64,000 nucleotides of DNA from a virus (IMGVR_UViG_2865833183_000001:19743-83742), one strand, 5' to 3'. Counted from the stretch's first letter, positions 27,477 through 37,763 are shown. Made by a program: numbers and translations. The notes: generated by a model from the sequence alone, not told the origin.

Positions 27477-27812
27477 GTGGTGACCGCTGGCGCGTGGGAC
27501 CTCCAGATCGAGCAGGGCAGCACGTTCGCTGAGACCTACACGTGCACCAACGATGACGGGTCGCCGATCGACTGGGCCAGGTGGACAGCCCGCGCACAGA
27601 TTCGAGTCCTCGCCGCCCCTGACGCCGAGCTGCTGCTCGACCTCACCCCGTACCTCACCATCACCGGCGCCGCGATCACCGTCCTGATTCCGGCCACCAT
27701 CACCGCCACCCTCACCCGCTCCGGACGCTGGGACCTCGAGGTCACCGACGGAACCACCGTGATGCGGCTCCTCGAAGGCCGCGCGCTCCTGGCGCCGGAG
27801 GTGACCCAGTGA
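27477..27812 (+). CDS. Virion accessory protein (BppU/LtfC-like)
   Basis: DLQIEQGSTF...ARAQIR...WDLEV...RLLEG...PEVT. Confidence 0.6.
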   Translation: MVTAGAWDLQIEQGSTFAETYTCTNDDGSPIDWARWTARAQIRVLAAPDAELLLDLTPYLTITGAAITVLIPATITATLTRSGRWDLEVTDGTTVMRLLEGRALLAPEVTQ

Positions 27813-28828
27813 ACATCACGGTTACCCCCAACGGCACCCAACCCCCGCGCGTCATCCAGGTCACCGAAGGAGCCGTCACCTCCGTCAACGGTGACCGTGG
27901 CGACGTCACCATCACCGCAGCCGACCTCGGCGCCATCAGTGCCGGAGACGCAGCCGGGGGAGACCTCACCGGCACCTACCCCAACCCGACCGTTGCCAAG
28001 GTCAGCGGCGTCGCGGTCACCGGAACCCCCACCGCCGGCCAAGTGCCCACCGCGACCTCCGGAACCGCTGCAACCTGGCAGACCCCAGCAGCGGGACCCA
28101 GTGCCGCCGGTACGGTCGCCGCGCAGACTTCGTTCGGCGCCCCCTCCAGCGCAGGCTCTGCCACCACCTACTCGCGCGGCGACCACACGCACGGAACCCC
28201 CACCCTCCCCGCCGCGAGCACCTCCACAGCCGGCGTGGTGCAGCTCGACGGGACAGCCGCCGACATCGCGGCCCTCGGCACACAGGCAGCCGGCTCGACC
28301 GGCAAAGCAGCAGATGCCGGACACGTCCACCCCACCACCGGCGTCCTGTCAACAGCAGGCGGCAACCTCACCGGCGCCGTCACCTCAAACCGCACCGCCA
28401 CCAGCGACGTCGCCTACGCAGTCATCCTCGGCGGCGACACATTCGACCGATATCGCGTCCTCGGATCAGGGAACATCGAGCAGGGCTCCGGGGCAGCGGC
28501 CCGCGAAGTCACCTACGGGCGCACAGCAGCCAACCAGTGGTCGGTCACTGGTGCCGATCTCCGCGTCGCTACAGCCGGCCGAGGCCTCATGGTCGCCGAA
28601 GGATCGAACGCCAAGATGGGCACAGTGGCGCTCGCTGCGGGGGCAGCGACCGTCTCGACCACGGCGGTCACCGCCAACAGCAGGATCTTCCTCACCAACC
28701 AGGCACTCGGCGGCACCGCGGGGTTCCTGCGGGTGTCCGCCCGCACCGCCGGAACCTCGTTCACGATCACCAGCTCCAGCGGCACCGACACCTCCACCGT
28801 CGCCTGGATGATCGTCGAACCCGCATGA
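27809..28828 (+). CDS. Gly/Ala/Thr-rich fibre or decoration protein
   Basis: VTSVNG, GGDLTGTYPNPT, SRGDHTHG, DAGHVHP fibre-type motifs. Confidence 0.65.
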   Translation: MNITVTPNGTQPPRVIQVTEGAVTSVNGDRGDVTITAADLGAISAGDAAGGDLTGTYPNPTVAKVSGVAVTGTPTAGQVPTATSGTAATWQTPAAGPSAAGTVAAQTSFGAPSSAGSATTYSRGDHTHGTPTLPAASTSTAGVVQLDGTAADIAALGTQAAGSTGKAADAGHVHPTTGVLSTAGGNLTGAVTSNRTATSDVAYAVILGGDTFDRYRVLGSGNIEQGSGAAAREVTYGRTAANQWSVTGADLRVATAGRGLMVAEGSNAKMGTVALAAGAATVSTTAVTANSRIFLTNQALGGTAGFLRVSARTAGTSFTITSSSGTDTSTVAWMIVEPA

Positions 28829-28844
28829 CAGGAGGCCGGCGCCC

Positions 28845-29075
28845 ATGACATCCACCCCTCCCGCCGGGGCCGACATCGAGATCATCGACCGCAACCCTTC
28901 CGGCACACGCGACGTGCTCGTGCCCAGCGCAGTACGCATCAACGGGATCGAGGTCCCGATCCCTCAAGATGCGAAGATTCGCATCAATGACCTGAGCGCC
29001 GACGAGTTCGTCACCGTCACCCTCACCCTCTTCGCCCGACGCATCACCATCGCCGCCGAGGGGGACCTGACGTGA
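28845..29075 (+). CDS. Hypothetical protein
   Basis: AGGAGG RBS. Confidence 0.6.
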   Translation: MTSTPPAGADIEIIDRNPSGTRDVLVPSAVRINGIEVPIPQDAKIRINDLSADEFVTVTLTLFARRITIAAEGDLT

Positions 29076-29341
29076 CCCGCGCGATCCACCGCTACGAGGT
29101 CCCCGTCGATGATTGCTGGCATGCAGTCGACCTGACGGGGGAGATCGTGCATGTGGACAGCCGTAGCATGCACACCGTCGAAATCTGGGCCATCCACGGG
29201 CCCGGCGAGCCGACCCGGCGCGGCTTCCGCGTGTACGGCACCGGCCACCCCATCCCCGACGACGCCATCCACGTCGGCACGGCCATCCCGCCCGGCGGAC
29301 AACTTGTCTGGCACCTCCTCGAACTCCCCGAGACCACCTGA
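29072..29341 (+). CDS. Phage hypothetical protein
   Basis: IHRY...FRVYGTGHP...VGT...LVWHL. Confidence 0.65.
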   Translation: MTRAIHRYEVPVDDCWHAVDLTGEIVHVDSRSMHTVEIWAIHGPGEPTRRGFRVYGTGHPIPDDAIHVGTAIPPGGQLVWHLLELPETT

Positions 29342-29364
29342 CCACCAGAGGAGCCCGACGCGCC

Positions 29365-29685
29365 ATGGCCCGCTACCGCAAGAAGCCCGTCGAGATCGAA
29401 GCCATGCTCTTTGATGGATCAACCGCCGAGACGCACGCCGTCTACCAGTGGATAGAGCTCAACACGCTCGGCTCCTTCGAGCCCCTGGACGTCATCGAGG
29501 GGCGCAAGCCCTACCCGGAGAGCGGTGTCACCATTGACCCGCGCGACGGCCGAATGATCATTTCCACCCTGGAGGGCCTTCACTGGGTCGATCGCGGCGA
29601 CTACGTCGTCCAAGGCGTGGCGGGCGAGTTCTACCCCGTCAAGCCCGACATCTTCGCTGCCACCTACGAGGCGGTGACCGACTGA
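29365..29685 (+). CDS. PGDYG-like phage protein
   Basis: YRKKPVEIEA...TLEG...GDYVVQGVAGEFYPVKPDIF..TYE. Confidence 0.75.
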   Translation: MARYRKKPVEIEAMLFDGSTAETHAVYQWIELNTLGSFEPLDVIEGRKPYPESGVTIDPRDGRMIISTLEGLHWVDRGDYVVQGVAGEFYPVKPDIFAATYEAVTD

Positions 29686-30038
29686 TGGCCCGCCTGCAAA
29701 TCCTTGAACTCCCCGAAGGCGCCGGAGACGACCAGCCGCCCTTCGTGCTCGTCATCGACCAGTACGAGCCGCCGCCCTACCCGGACGAGCCCGGTGACAC
29801 TTCGCCCTTCGACGGGGTCGCCGAGAAGATCGGCGCCCGCGGTGTTCTCGTCTTCGAAGAGACCATCGACATCCCCGCCAACCAGGTCACCGTCGACGAC
29901 GGACAGGCCATCCGGCTCAAGGTAGACCCCGACCTGGGAGACTGTAGCGAGAAGATCGAGACCGCAATCGCCGACGCCAACAAGCGGCTTGTAGAGCAAC
30001 TGCGAGCCGTCAGTAGGCAAGAGGCCGTCGATGGCTGA
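29685..30038 (+). CDS. Phage hypothetical protein
   Basis: TGATG coupling. Confidence 0.65.
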   Translation: MARLQILELPEGAGDDQPPFVLVIDQYEPPPYPDEPGDTSPFDGVAEKIGARGVLVFEETIDIPANQVTVDDGQAIRLKVDPDLGDCSEKIETAIADANKRLVEQLRAVSRQEAVDG

Positions 30039-30261
30039 GCAGCGGATCGGGTAGATCCTCGGCACCGATGTAATCCGCTACGTCGTCACCTTCGATAACA
30101 CCAACGGCCTCATCGTCGAAGACCCCGCACTCGAACTCGACCTCCGAGCCGAATGGGCCGTCTTCAACGACAGTGCCGGCCTCGCACTCGCCATCCCCAT
30201 CGACCGCATCCGCAGCATCCAACGCCTCGACCAGGCGCCGACAGAGGATGGAGGTGGTTGA
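30031..30261 (+). pseudogene. Small ORF interrupted by in-frame TAG at codon 8
   Basis: MAEQRIG*ILGTDVIRYVVTF...; frame stays open to TGA 30259. Confidence 0.55.
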
Positions 30262-30262
30262 C

Positions 30263-30523
30263 ATGGTGGACACCGGAGGAGCACAGCGACACCCCGCAGC
30301 AACCGAACGCCTGATGGAGTACTGGGCGCACGGTGAAGGCGCAGCAAAGATCCAATGGGGCGTCCCCGGAGACTTCGACCGCTGCGTCGTCGAACTTGGC
30401 AAGTATGTCAGCCCGGGCGTAGTGAAGGGCCTGTGCTCGAACCTGCACCAGCGAGCCACCGGAGCCCGACCAGGCCACGCCCCGGGCGAAGAGGCTTCAC
30501 GCAAGGCCAAGGGCGGGGACTGA
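30263..30523 (+). CDS. Conserved actinophage domain protein
   Basis: YWAHGEGAAKIQWGVPGDFDRC...GLCSNLH; GGAGG RBS. Confidence 0.65.
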   Translation: MVDTGGAQRHPAATERLMEYWAHGEGAAKIQWGVPGDFDRCVVELGKYVSPGVVKGLCSNLHQRATGARPGHAPGEEASRKAKGGD

Positions 30524-30834
30524 TGTCCAGCCAAGGCCGGCGCTCAGCACCCCTTCCCAAGGGGTGGCATCGCATCCGCGGGCGCATCCTCAAGCGCGAT
30601 AGGCGAGTCTGCCAGTGGCCGCTCGGAACCGGCGGCATTTGCGGCGAGCCGGCCAACCAGGTGGATCACAAGATCGGCGCAGCCCAGGGCGTAGACGACC
30701 ACAGCGACTCGAACCTGTGGTCGCTGTGCGAGTGGCACCACAACCGCAAGACCGGAGGCGAAGCGTCCGCCGTGGCCCACGCCAAGCCGCCCAGGCGCCG
30801 GCCACCCGAGGAGCACCCAGGGATGATCCACTGA
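30523..30834 (+). CDS. HNH endonuclease (packaging-associated)
   Basis: RD..VCQ...C....QVDH...NLWSLCEWHHNRKT; upstream of terminase. Confidence 0.88.
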   Translation: MSSQGRRSAPLPKGWHRIRGRILKRDRRVCQWPLGTGGICGEPANQVDHKIGAAQGVDDHSDSNLWSLCEWHHNRKTGGEASAVAHAKPPRRRPPEEHPGMIH

Positions 30835-31070
30835 GGTGTCATGAGGGGTGGGAGGGGACTCCGATCTTGAAAAATCCCGAGGATCGGGCACGTTAGCTTG
30901 GCGCGGTGCGCGCGACACTGGGGAAGTTGTGATCATGGCCTCACCTGCGGAGATGTTGCGTGACCTTGCCCGGTTTTCGCGGCTGGCGAGCCACTCCTGG
31001 AACGTCACGACCCCGTATCAATGCAGGTCAGAGTGCCTATTGCCGTTACACGTCGGCGTATCCTTGTGGC

Positions 31071-31673
31071 ATGACGATGAAGCGCTGCGAGCACTGCCGG
31101 GGACCGCTCGGTGCACGGCATGCCCACAACGCGCGCTTCTGTTCTGGCCGTTGCCGGACCGCGGCCTGTCGGAAGCGGCAGCGGAGCGCTGACCCGACGC
31201 CGGCCGCGCTGCGGCGTCGTCGGCAGTGGGTGCGCCACACGGATCGCAAGGTGCCGTTGTCGGTCGCGGCTGGGAAGGCGACGGTGGCCTCGTCGACGGC
31301 GCCTGATACCTGGACGACGTACCGTACCGCCACGCGGTCCACGGCTGGCGCCGGGCTGGGCTTCGTGCTCAGCGCGGAAGACCGCCTCGCGTGCATCGAC
31401 CTCGACCACGCCCTGGCCGACGGTGAGTTGCTTCCGTGGGCTCGAGAGATCGTGGATCGCCTGCCGCGGACGTACATTGAGGTCTCTCCGTCGGGGCAGG
31501 GCTTGCATGTCTGGGGCTATGGAGAGGTCGGTCGGGGCCGGCGAATTCGCCGCGGCGAGGTGGCCGTCGAGGTGTACGACCGCGAGCGGTACATCTGCAT
31601 GACCCGCAGGCCGTTCGAGAACGCGCCATCAAAGCTGGCGGACCTGTCGAAGGTGATCGCCGATTTGCTGTGA
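31071..31673 (+). CDS. Zn-finger + AEP primase-polymerase (NrS-1-like) domain protein
   Basis: CEHC...FCSGRCR; GLGFVL...CIDLDH; EVSPSGQGLH; EVY...RY. Confidence 0.75.
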   Translation: MTMKRCEHCRGPLGARHAHNARFCSGRCRTAACRKRQRSADPTPAALRRRRQWVRHTDRKVPLSVAAGKATVASSTAPDTWTTYRTATRSTAGAGLGFVLSAEDRLACIDLDHALADGELLPWAREIVDRLPRTYIEVSPSGQGLHVWGYGEVGRGRRIRRGEVAVEVYDRERYICMTRRPFENAPSKLADLSKVIADLL

Positions 31674-31686
31674 GGGGGCGCCCCTG

Positions 31687-32145
31687 ATGGCTGGTCGTGG
31701 TTTCGCGCCGAAGCAGACGCGCTCCCGGGCTCGGGACACGAAGCGTCGCGATGCCGAGATGCAGCGGGTTGAGGACGATGACGAGCTGCGAGGGCCGCTG
31801 CTCCCCGAGGGGGTACTGCCGGACGACGAGGACTGGCATCCACGCACGCGGCAGTGGTGGGACACGTGGCGGGCCTCGGCGCAGGCTCAGGTGTTCATCG
31901 ACACCGACTGGGACTTCCTACTGGATACGGCGCTGCTGCATCACGTCATGTGGACCAAGGGACGCTGGGAATTCGCATCCGAAGTCCGGCTGCGGGCCGC
32001 CAAATACGGGGCGACGCCAGAGGACCGGATGCGGCTGAAACTTCAGATCGAAACGCCTACGGACAAGCCGGCCCCGGCCGAGACGCCGCGGTCGACGTCG
32101 GACCGGCGGAAGAACCTGCGGATCGTCAGTGAGGATGCCGTATAG
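31687..32145 (+). CDS. Terminase small subunit
   Basis: MAGRGFAPK...WHPRT..WW...GATPEDRMRL; directly before terL. Confidence 0.85.
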   Translation: MAGRGFAPKQTRSRARDTKRRDAEMQRVEDDDELRGPLLPEGVLPDDEDWHPRTRQWWDTWRASAQAQVFIDTDWDFLLDTALLHHVMWTKGRWEFASEVRLRAAKYGATPEDRMRLKLQIETPTDKPAPAETPRSTSDRRKNLRIVSEDAV

Positions 32146-32153
32146 GGGGTGCC

Positions 32154-33803
32154 ATGCCGTGGCGCGGACCCCGATACGACGGCGAGTTCCCTTCACTCGG
32201 GCATCAGCTCGTCGAGCACGTCGAGCAGTACCTCTGCCATGGGCCTGGCGACGTGGTGGGCGAGCCGATCGATCTGGACGACGAGTTCTACGCGTTCATC
32301 GTCAAGGCCTACCGTCTCGATCCTGAGACCGGGCGGCGCGTCTACCGCAGGGCGTTCCTGTCACGGGCGAAGGGCCGCGCCAAGTCTGAGATCGCGGGAA
32401 TGCTCGTCTGCGCCGAGGCGCTGTTCCCGGTGCGCTTCGACGGCTGGGACGCGGACGGTGAGCCGGTCGGTCGGCCGGTGAAGTCGCCGTTCATCCGCTG
32501 CCTGGCAACGGAGGAAGGCCAGTCCGGCAACACCTACGACAACGTCTCCACGATGCTCGAGTACCTGGTTGAGCATCACGGAGATGAGTTCCCGGGCATC
32601 GACATCGGCAAGTCGGCGCAGTCGTCGAGCCGGATCATCCTGCACCATCAGCGCGGGGAGATCACGCCGTCGACGGCTTCCTCGGCGGCGAAGGACGGCG
32701 GTAAGGAGACCTTCGCGGTTTTCGACGAGACGCACCTGTACGTGCTGCCCGAGTTGCGGCGCATGCACGGCACGGTCCGCCGGAACTTGCGTAAGCGCAA
32801 GGAAGCCGAGCCGTGGTGCCTTGAGACGTCGACGATGTACGAGCCGGGCCAGGACTCGGTGGCCGAGGCGACGCACACCTACTACAAGGCCATCCGGGAG
32901 GGCCGGATCCGTGACGCTGATGCGGCGGGCCTGCTTTTCGACCATCGGCAGGCGAAGGACGGCACGGACCTCGCGGATCGGGACGCGCTGCTCGTCGGGT
33001 TGAAGGAGGCCTACGGGCCGGCCGCGTCCTGGATGGACCTGGACGGCATCATCGCTGAGATCTGGGATCCGCAGTCGGCCCCGTCGGATTCGCGCCGCTA
33101 CTGGCTGAACCAACCTGTGGCGGCGGAGGATGCGCTGCTGGACCCGGGTAAGTGGGCTCGGTGCGCCTCGGAGTTGCGGCTGCAGGACGGCGACGAAATC
33201 GCCCTCGGTTTCGACGGCGGTAAGACCGACGACGCGACGGCGCTGATCGCCATGCGGATCGCGGACCGGCTGGTGCAGCCGCTGGGGATCTGGGAGCGCC
33301 CGGAAGGCCCGTTGGGCAAGGGCTGGGAAGTCGACCGCAAGCAGGTATCCGACCTTGTGGCACACGCCTTCGGCCTGTATCAGGTGCGGGCGTTCTTCGC
33401 CGACGTGAAGTTGTGGGAGTCGTACATCGACGAGTGGGGCGAGACCTACCGGGACGAACTGGTGGCGAAGGCCTCACCGAAGTCGGTGATCGGCTACGAC
33501 ATGCGCGGCCACCAGCAGGAGCTGACGAAGGCCACCGAGGCGCTGGTGCAGGCGATCGAGGACGTCAAGATCCTCCACACGGATCACAAGGTGCTGAACC
33601 GGCATGTCGGGAACGCCCGGCGGCGCCCGAACCGGTGGGGCGTCTCCTTCGGTAAGGAGTCGCGGGAGTCGCCGAAGAAGGTGGACGGTTTTGCGGCGAT
33701 GCAGCTGGCGGACATGGCGCGGCGGGCGCTGTTGGCGTCGCCGGATTGGGCAAAGCGGCAGAAGAAGCGCCGGCGGACGGGCCGCGTGCATGGGTTCGCG
33801 TAG
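32154..33803 (+). CDS. Terminase large subunit
   Basis: RAKGRAKS Walker A-like, VFDETH Walker B, GFDGG..DD nuclease motif. Confidence 0.95.
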   Translation: MPWRGPRYDGEFPSLGHQLVEHVEQYLCHGPGDVVGEPIDLDDEFYAFIVKAYRLDPETGRRVYRRAFLSRAKGRAKSEIAGMLVCAEALFPVRFDGWDADGEPVGRPVKSPFIRCLATEEGQSGNTYDNVSTMLEYLVEHHGDEFPGIDIGKSAQSSSRIILHHQRGEITPSTASSAAKDGGKETFAVFDETHLYVLPELRRMHGTVRRNLRKRKEAEPWCLETSTMYEPGQDSVAEATHTYYKAIREGRIRDADAAGLLFDHRQAKDGTDLADRDALLVGLKEAYGPAASWMDLDGIIAEIWDPQSAPSDSRRYWLNQPVAAEDALLDPGKWARCASELRLQDGDEIALGFDGGKTDDATALIAMRIADRLVQPLGIWERPEGPLGKGWEVDRKQVSDLVAHAFGLYQVRAFFADVKLWESYIDEWGETYRDELVAKASPKSVIGYDMRGHQQELTKATEALVQAIEDVKILHTDHKVLNRHVGNARRRPNRWGVSFGKESRESPKKVDGFAAMQLADMARRALLASPDWAKRQKKRRRTGRVHGFA

Positions 33804-33821
33804 CGAGGGGGTGGGCGCGTC

Positions 33822-35216
33822 GTGGTGATGTCGGAGCCGGAGGCGGTGTCGACGGCGCGTCATCTGCTGGAGATGCGCGAGGGGGAGCAGACGCGCCTAC
33901 AGAAGATCGCCGACTACATGTGCGGCAAGCACTCGAGCGTGTACGTGCCGCGGGGAGCCCGCGCGGAGTACCGGTGGCTGATCGAGCGGGCCCGGGTGAA
34001 CATCCTGCCGCTGGTCGTAACGGTGGTCGCGCAGAACATGTACGTGGACGGGTACCGGCCAGCAGGCTCGGACGAGAACGCGGCGCCGTGGCGGGTGTGG
34101 CAGGCGAACCGGATGGACGCCCGCCAGCACGGGATCCACCGGTCTGTCCTCACGTATGGAGCCGCGTATGCGGTGGTGATGCCGGGCAAGCCGGTACCGG
34201 TGATCACGCCGTTCTCGCCGCGGCGGATGACGGCCGTGTACGCGGACTCGGTGAACGACGAGTGGCCGATCTACGGGGTCGAGGAGCGTCTGGAGAACAC
34301 GAAGGACGGCAAACGGCGCATCGTGCGGCTCTACGACGACCGGGCTCGCTACACCCTGGTGGGGAAGCCGGATGGGTCGCAGTTGAAGCCGGACGGCGCC
34401 GACTGGGGCATGGAGCACCGTCTCGGAGTCTGCCCGATCGTGCGGTACGTGAACACGCAGGATCTTGATGGTGACGGCGTGATTGGCGAGGTCGAGCCGC
34501 TGTTCGATGTGCAGGACCAGTTGAACATGACCACGTTCAATCTGCTGATGGCGCAGCAGTATGCGGCGTTCCGTCAGCGCTGGGTTACGGGAATGGCGCC
34601 CCCGGTGGACGAGAGCGGCAATCCGATGGAGCCGTTCAAGTCCCGCGTGGACGGCCTGTTTGTCGCCGAGGACGCGGACACCAAGTTCGGCGAGTTCGAC
34701 GCCACTGACCTGACCGGCTACCTGAAGTCGCGTGAGGCATCGATCCGGCACGCAGCCACGATTTCGCAGGTGCCGCCGTACCACCTGCTCGGAGAGATGG
34801 TGAACCTGTCCGCGGAGGCTCTTGCCGCGGCCCGGGACGGCTTGGACGGCAAGACAGACGAGCGAGAAAGCCTGTGCGGCGAGTCGCACGAGCAGCTTCT
34901 CAGGCTGGTCGGCTTGGCCTCCAACGACTTGGGCGCCTGGGAGGATACGGCGGCTCAGGTGGTGTGGCGGGACACGTCGGCCCGCTCGCTGGCCCAGACG
35001 GTGGACGCGCTCGGAAAGCTCGTCACGATGCTTGGCGTGCCTCCGCAGGAGTTGTGGGAGCGGGTCCCGGGCGTGACTCAGACCGATGTGGAGCGCTGGA
35101 AGACGGCCGCGTCCGAGGGCGACGCGATGAACCGCCTGAACGGGATCATCGAGAAGCAGATGCAGCCTCCGGCCGGCTCCACGACGCCATCCGAGACGCC
35201 TGCCGCGGCGGCCTGA
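33822..35216 (+). CDS. Portal protein (SPP1 gp6-like)
   Basis: Size and position; WQANRMD, NLSAEAL. Confidence 0.92.
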   Translation: MVMSEPEAVSTARHLLEMREGEQTRLQKIADYMCGKHSSVYVPRGARAEYRWLIERARVNILPLVVTVVAQNMYVDGYRPAGSDENAAPWRVWQANRMDARQHGIHRSVLTYGAAYAVVMPGKPVPVITPFSPRRMTAVYADSVNDEWPIYGVEERLENTKDGKRRIVRLYDDRARYTLVGKPDGSQLKPDGADWGMEHRLGVCPIVRYVNTQDLDGDGVIGEVEPLFDVQDQLNMTTFNLLMAQQYAAFRQRWVTGMAPPVDESGNPMEPFKSRVDGLFVAEDADTKFGEFDATDLTGYLKSREASIRHAATISQVPPYHLLGEMVNLSAEALAAARDGLDGKTDERESLCGESHEQLLRLVGLASNDLGAWEDTAAQVVWRDTSARSLAQTVDALGKLVTMLGVPPQELWERVPGVTQTDVERWKTAASEGDAMNRLNGIIEKQMQPPAGSTTPSETPAAAA

Positions 35217-35217
35217 G

Positions 35218-35988
35218 GTGGCCGGGGAGGCGCAGCGTTTCCGGCGCACGCAAGCACTGCTGGCAGCGCAGATGGCGCGACAGGTCTTGCGGGTGTGGCG
35301 TGACCTGATGAACCCGGCGAAGGTGGATGGCTCATGGCCGGCGGTGCGCGCGGTACTGATGCCGATCGTGCAGCAGGCGCGGGAGCAGTCCGCTGCGCTG
35401 GCCCGGGCGGCATACATGGATGCGCGTCGGGCTGCTGGTGTACCGGATGGCGGGTTCGACCCTGAGAGCCCACTACAACTGGCCATCGACCGCCTTGAGG
35501 CGTCGCTGGATGTGACAGGCCCGGTGGAGTTTAAGAAGGCCATCGCCGCCGGAAAGAACCCCCAGCAGGCCATGGACGCGGCGGCGGTCCGCATGGTCGG
35601 GTCGACACAGTTCCTGGCACTCGAGGGCGGCCGGTCGGTGATGAACCAGTCCGTCGCCGCCGACGAGAAGGCCACCGGATGGTCCCGGGTCACCGACAGC
35701 GATCCGTGCGCCTGGTGCGCAATGCTCGCGTCGCGCGGGCCGGTCTACAAATCGGCGCAGACTGCCGGAGACCCGCGGCAGGGCGGCGACCGCTACCACG
35801 ACCACTGCGCGTGCCAGGCCTGGCCCGCTTTCACCCTCAACGAGCCTTTCATCGGCATCGCCGAGAAGCTCTACGACGACTGGCTGCGGGAAACGCGAGG
35901 TCGCGGCGGCAAGCACGCCGTGAACGCGTTCCGCCGCTGGTGGGAGTCCGAAGGCCGGGCCGCCTACCAGGCACCCGACCGAGCCTGA
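35218..35988 (+). CDS. Minor capsid / head maturation protein (MuF-like)
   Basis: CAWCAMLASRGPVY...YHDHCAC; follows portal. Confidence 0.8.
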   Translation: MAGEAQRFRRTQALLAAQMARQVLRVWRDLMNPAKVDGSWPAVRAVLMPIVQQAREQSAALARAAYMDARRAAGVPDGGFDPESPLQLAIDRLEASLDVTGPVEFKKAIAAGKNPQQAMDAAAVRMVGSTQFLALEGGRSVMNQSVAADEKATGWSRVTDSDPCAWCAMLASRGPVYKSAQTAGDPRQGGDRYHDHCACQAWPAFTLNEPFIGIAEKLYDDWLRETRGRGGKHAVNAFRRWWESEGRAAYQAPDRA

Positions 35989-36110
35989 CCCCAATCTGCA
36001 GCGCTTGCGCGCTGTCTCCACGCGAGGCGTCCGCCGACATGGCAGGCGCCTCTTCGCATTCCCCCACTCGCGCGCGCCGACATGGCCGCACACCCGACAC
36101 GGGAGCACAA

Positions 36111-36743
36111 ATGGCCGAGAACACCACGGAGACCGCCAGCGGCACGCCGGCCGTCCCCACCCCCGCCGAAGCGGTAGCCGCAGGGCAGATCCCCCAGCAG
36201 GTGCAGACTCCGCCCGCCCAGCAGCAGGAGGGAGCAGCCCAGCAGAACGCCGGAGAGCCGAAGCAGGAGGTCACGGACTGGGAGTCCGAGGCGATCAAGT
36301 GGAAGGCGCTGTCCCGGCAGCACGAGAACAAGCATCTGGCCGCACTCGGCTTCAAGTCGAAGGACGAGATCGACCAACTGCGTGCAGCCGCACAGAAGTA
36401 CCAGGAGTTCGAGGACACGCAGAAGTCCGAACTGCAGCGGGCCAACGAGCGCGCCCAGAGCGTCGAGCAGCAGCTCAGCGACCTCCGCGCGACAAACGCC
36501 CGCCTGATGGCGGCGGCCACGCACAACATCCCCCCGGACCTGATCGACCTGCTCGGAGCCGGTAGCGACGAGGAGATCAACTCCCGGGCAGAGGTGCTCG
36601 CTGAGCGCCTCAAGGCTGCCGCACCGACCGCCGCGCCCACCTCTCCGAGGCCCGTCGAAGCCCTCACACCCGGCGCCGCGACGGCGTCCGGAACAGCCGC
36701 GACCAGCCCGGACGACTGGATCCGGCGCATGGCCGGTCGTTAA
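36111..36743 (+). CDS. Scaffolding protein
   Basis: WKALSRQHE...KSELQR coiled coil; precedes capsid. Confidence 0.85.
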   Translation: MAENTTETASGTPAVPTPAEAVAAGQIPQQVQTPPAQQQEGAAQQNAGEPKQEVTDWESEAIKWKALSRQHENKHLAALGFKSKDEIDQLRAAAQKYQEFEDTQKSELQRANERAQSVEQQLSDLRATNARLMAAATHNIPPDLIDLLGAGSDEEINSRAEVLAERLKAAAPTAAPTSPRPVEALTPGAATASGTAATSPDDWIRRMAGR

Positions 36744-36812
36744 CCACTTTCACCGCAGCGCCGGAATCACCCGCACGGGGCCGGGGTCGCTGCTTTTCCG
36801 GAAGGAGACCCC

Positions 36813-37763
36813 GTGCCTACGTACAACTCGCTCATCAGCCGGGACGCCAGCAACGATCCGCTCGTCCCGACTCCCGTCTCGGCGGACATCATCGAGGAGC
36901 TCCCGGCAGCATCGGCGCTTCTGCAGCGAGCCCGGCGAGTTCCGATGTCGAGCAAGACGCAGCGCCAGCCGGTTCTCGACGTCCTGCCGCTCGCCTACTT
37001 CGTCGGCGGTGACACCGGTCTGAAGCAGACCTCAGCTCAGGACTGGAAGAACGTCGACCTGGTCGCCGAGGAGATCGCGGCGATCGTCCCGATCCCCGAG
37101 GCGTACCTCGACGACGCCCAGATGCCGATCTGGAACGAGGTCCGGCCTCGGCTCGTCGAAGCAATCGGCGCCAAGCTGGACGCGGCGGGTCTCTTCGGGC
37201 TCGACAAGCCGTCCACCTGGCCCACGGCTGTCTACCAGTCCGCTGTGGCCGCAGGCAACGCGGTCATCTCCGGCACCGGCACCGACTTCGCTGTCGATGT
37301 TGCGACGGCAGCCGGGAAGGTGTCGGAGGACGGCTTCGCGGTCAACGGGTTCATCAGCCGGCCCGGCCTGACGTGGAAGCTCAACACGATGCGCTCCGAG
37401 CAAGGCGTGCCGATCTACCAGCCCAACCTGCAGGGCGGGCTCGGCGGAACGCTGTACGGCTACCCGATGTCCGAGCTCACCAACGGCGCCTGGGACCTGT
37501 CCGAGGCCGAGCTGCTGATGGGCGACTGGACGAAGGCGATCGTGGGCGTCCGCCAGGACATCAGCTTCAAGCTGTTCACCGAGGGCGTCATCTCCGACGA
37601 CGACGGCAAGGTCATCCTGAACCTGATGCAGCAGGACTCGGTCGCCATGCGGGTCGTCATGCGCGTCGCGTTCGCAACGGCCAACCCGGCGACTCGCCTG
37701 AACACCAACTCGGCCACCCGGTCCCCGTTCGCCGTCGTGCAGGCGACGACCGCAGCGTCCTGA
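36813..37763 (+). CDS. Major capsid protein (HK97 fold)
   Basis: AYFVG...EEIAAIVPIPE...LYGYP...GDW...NLMQQD. Confidence 0.93.
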   Translation: MPTYNSLISRDASNDPLVPTPVSADIIEELPAASALLQRARRVPMSSKTQRQPVLDVLPLAYFVGGDTGLKQTSAQDWKNVDLVAEEIAAIVPIPEAYLDDAQMPIWNEVRPRLVEAIGAKLDAAGLFGLDKPSTWPTAVYQSAVAAGNAVISGTGTDFAVDVATAAGKVSEDGFAVNGFISRPGLTWKLNTMRSEQGVPIYQPNLQGGLGGTLYGYPMSELTNGAWDLSEAELLMGDWTKAIVGVRQDISFKLFTEGVISDDDGKVILNLMQQDSVAMRVVMRVAFATANPATRLNTNSATRSPFAVVQATTAAS

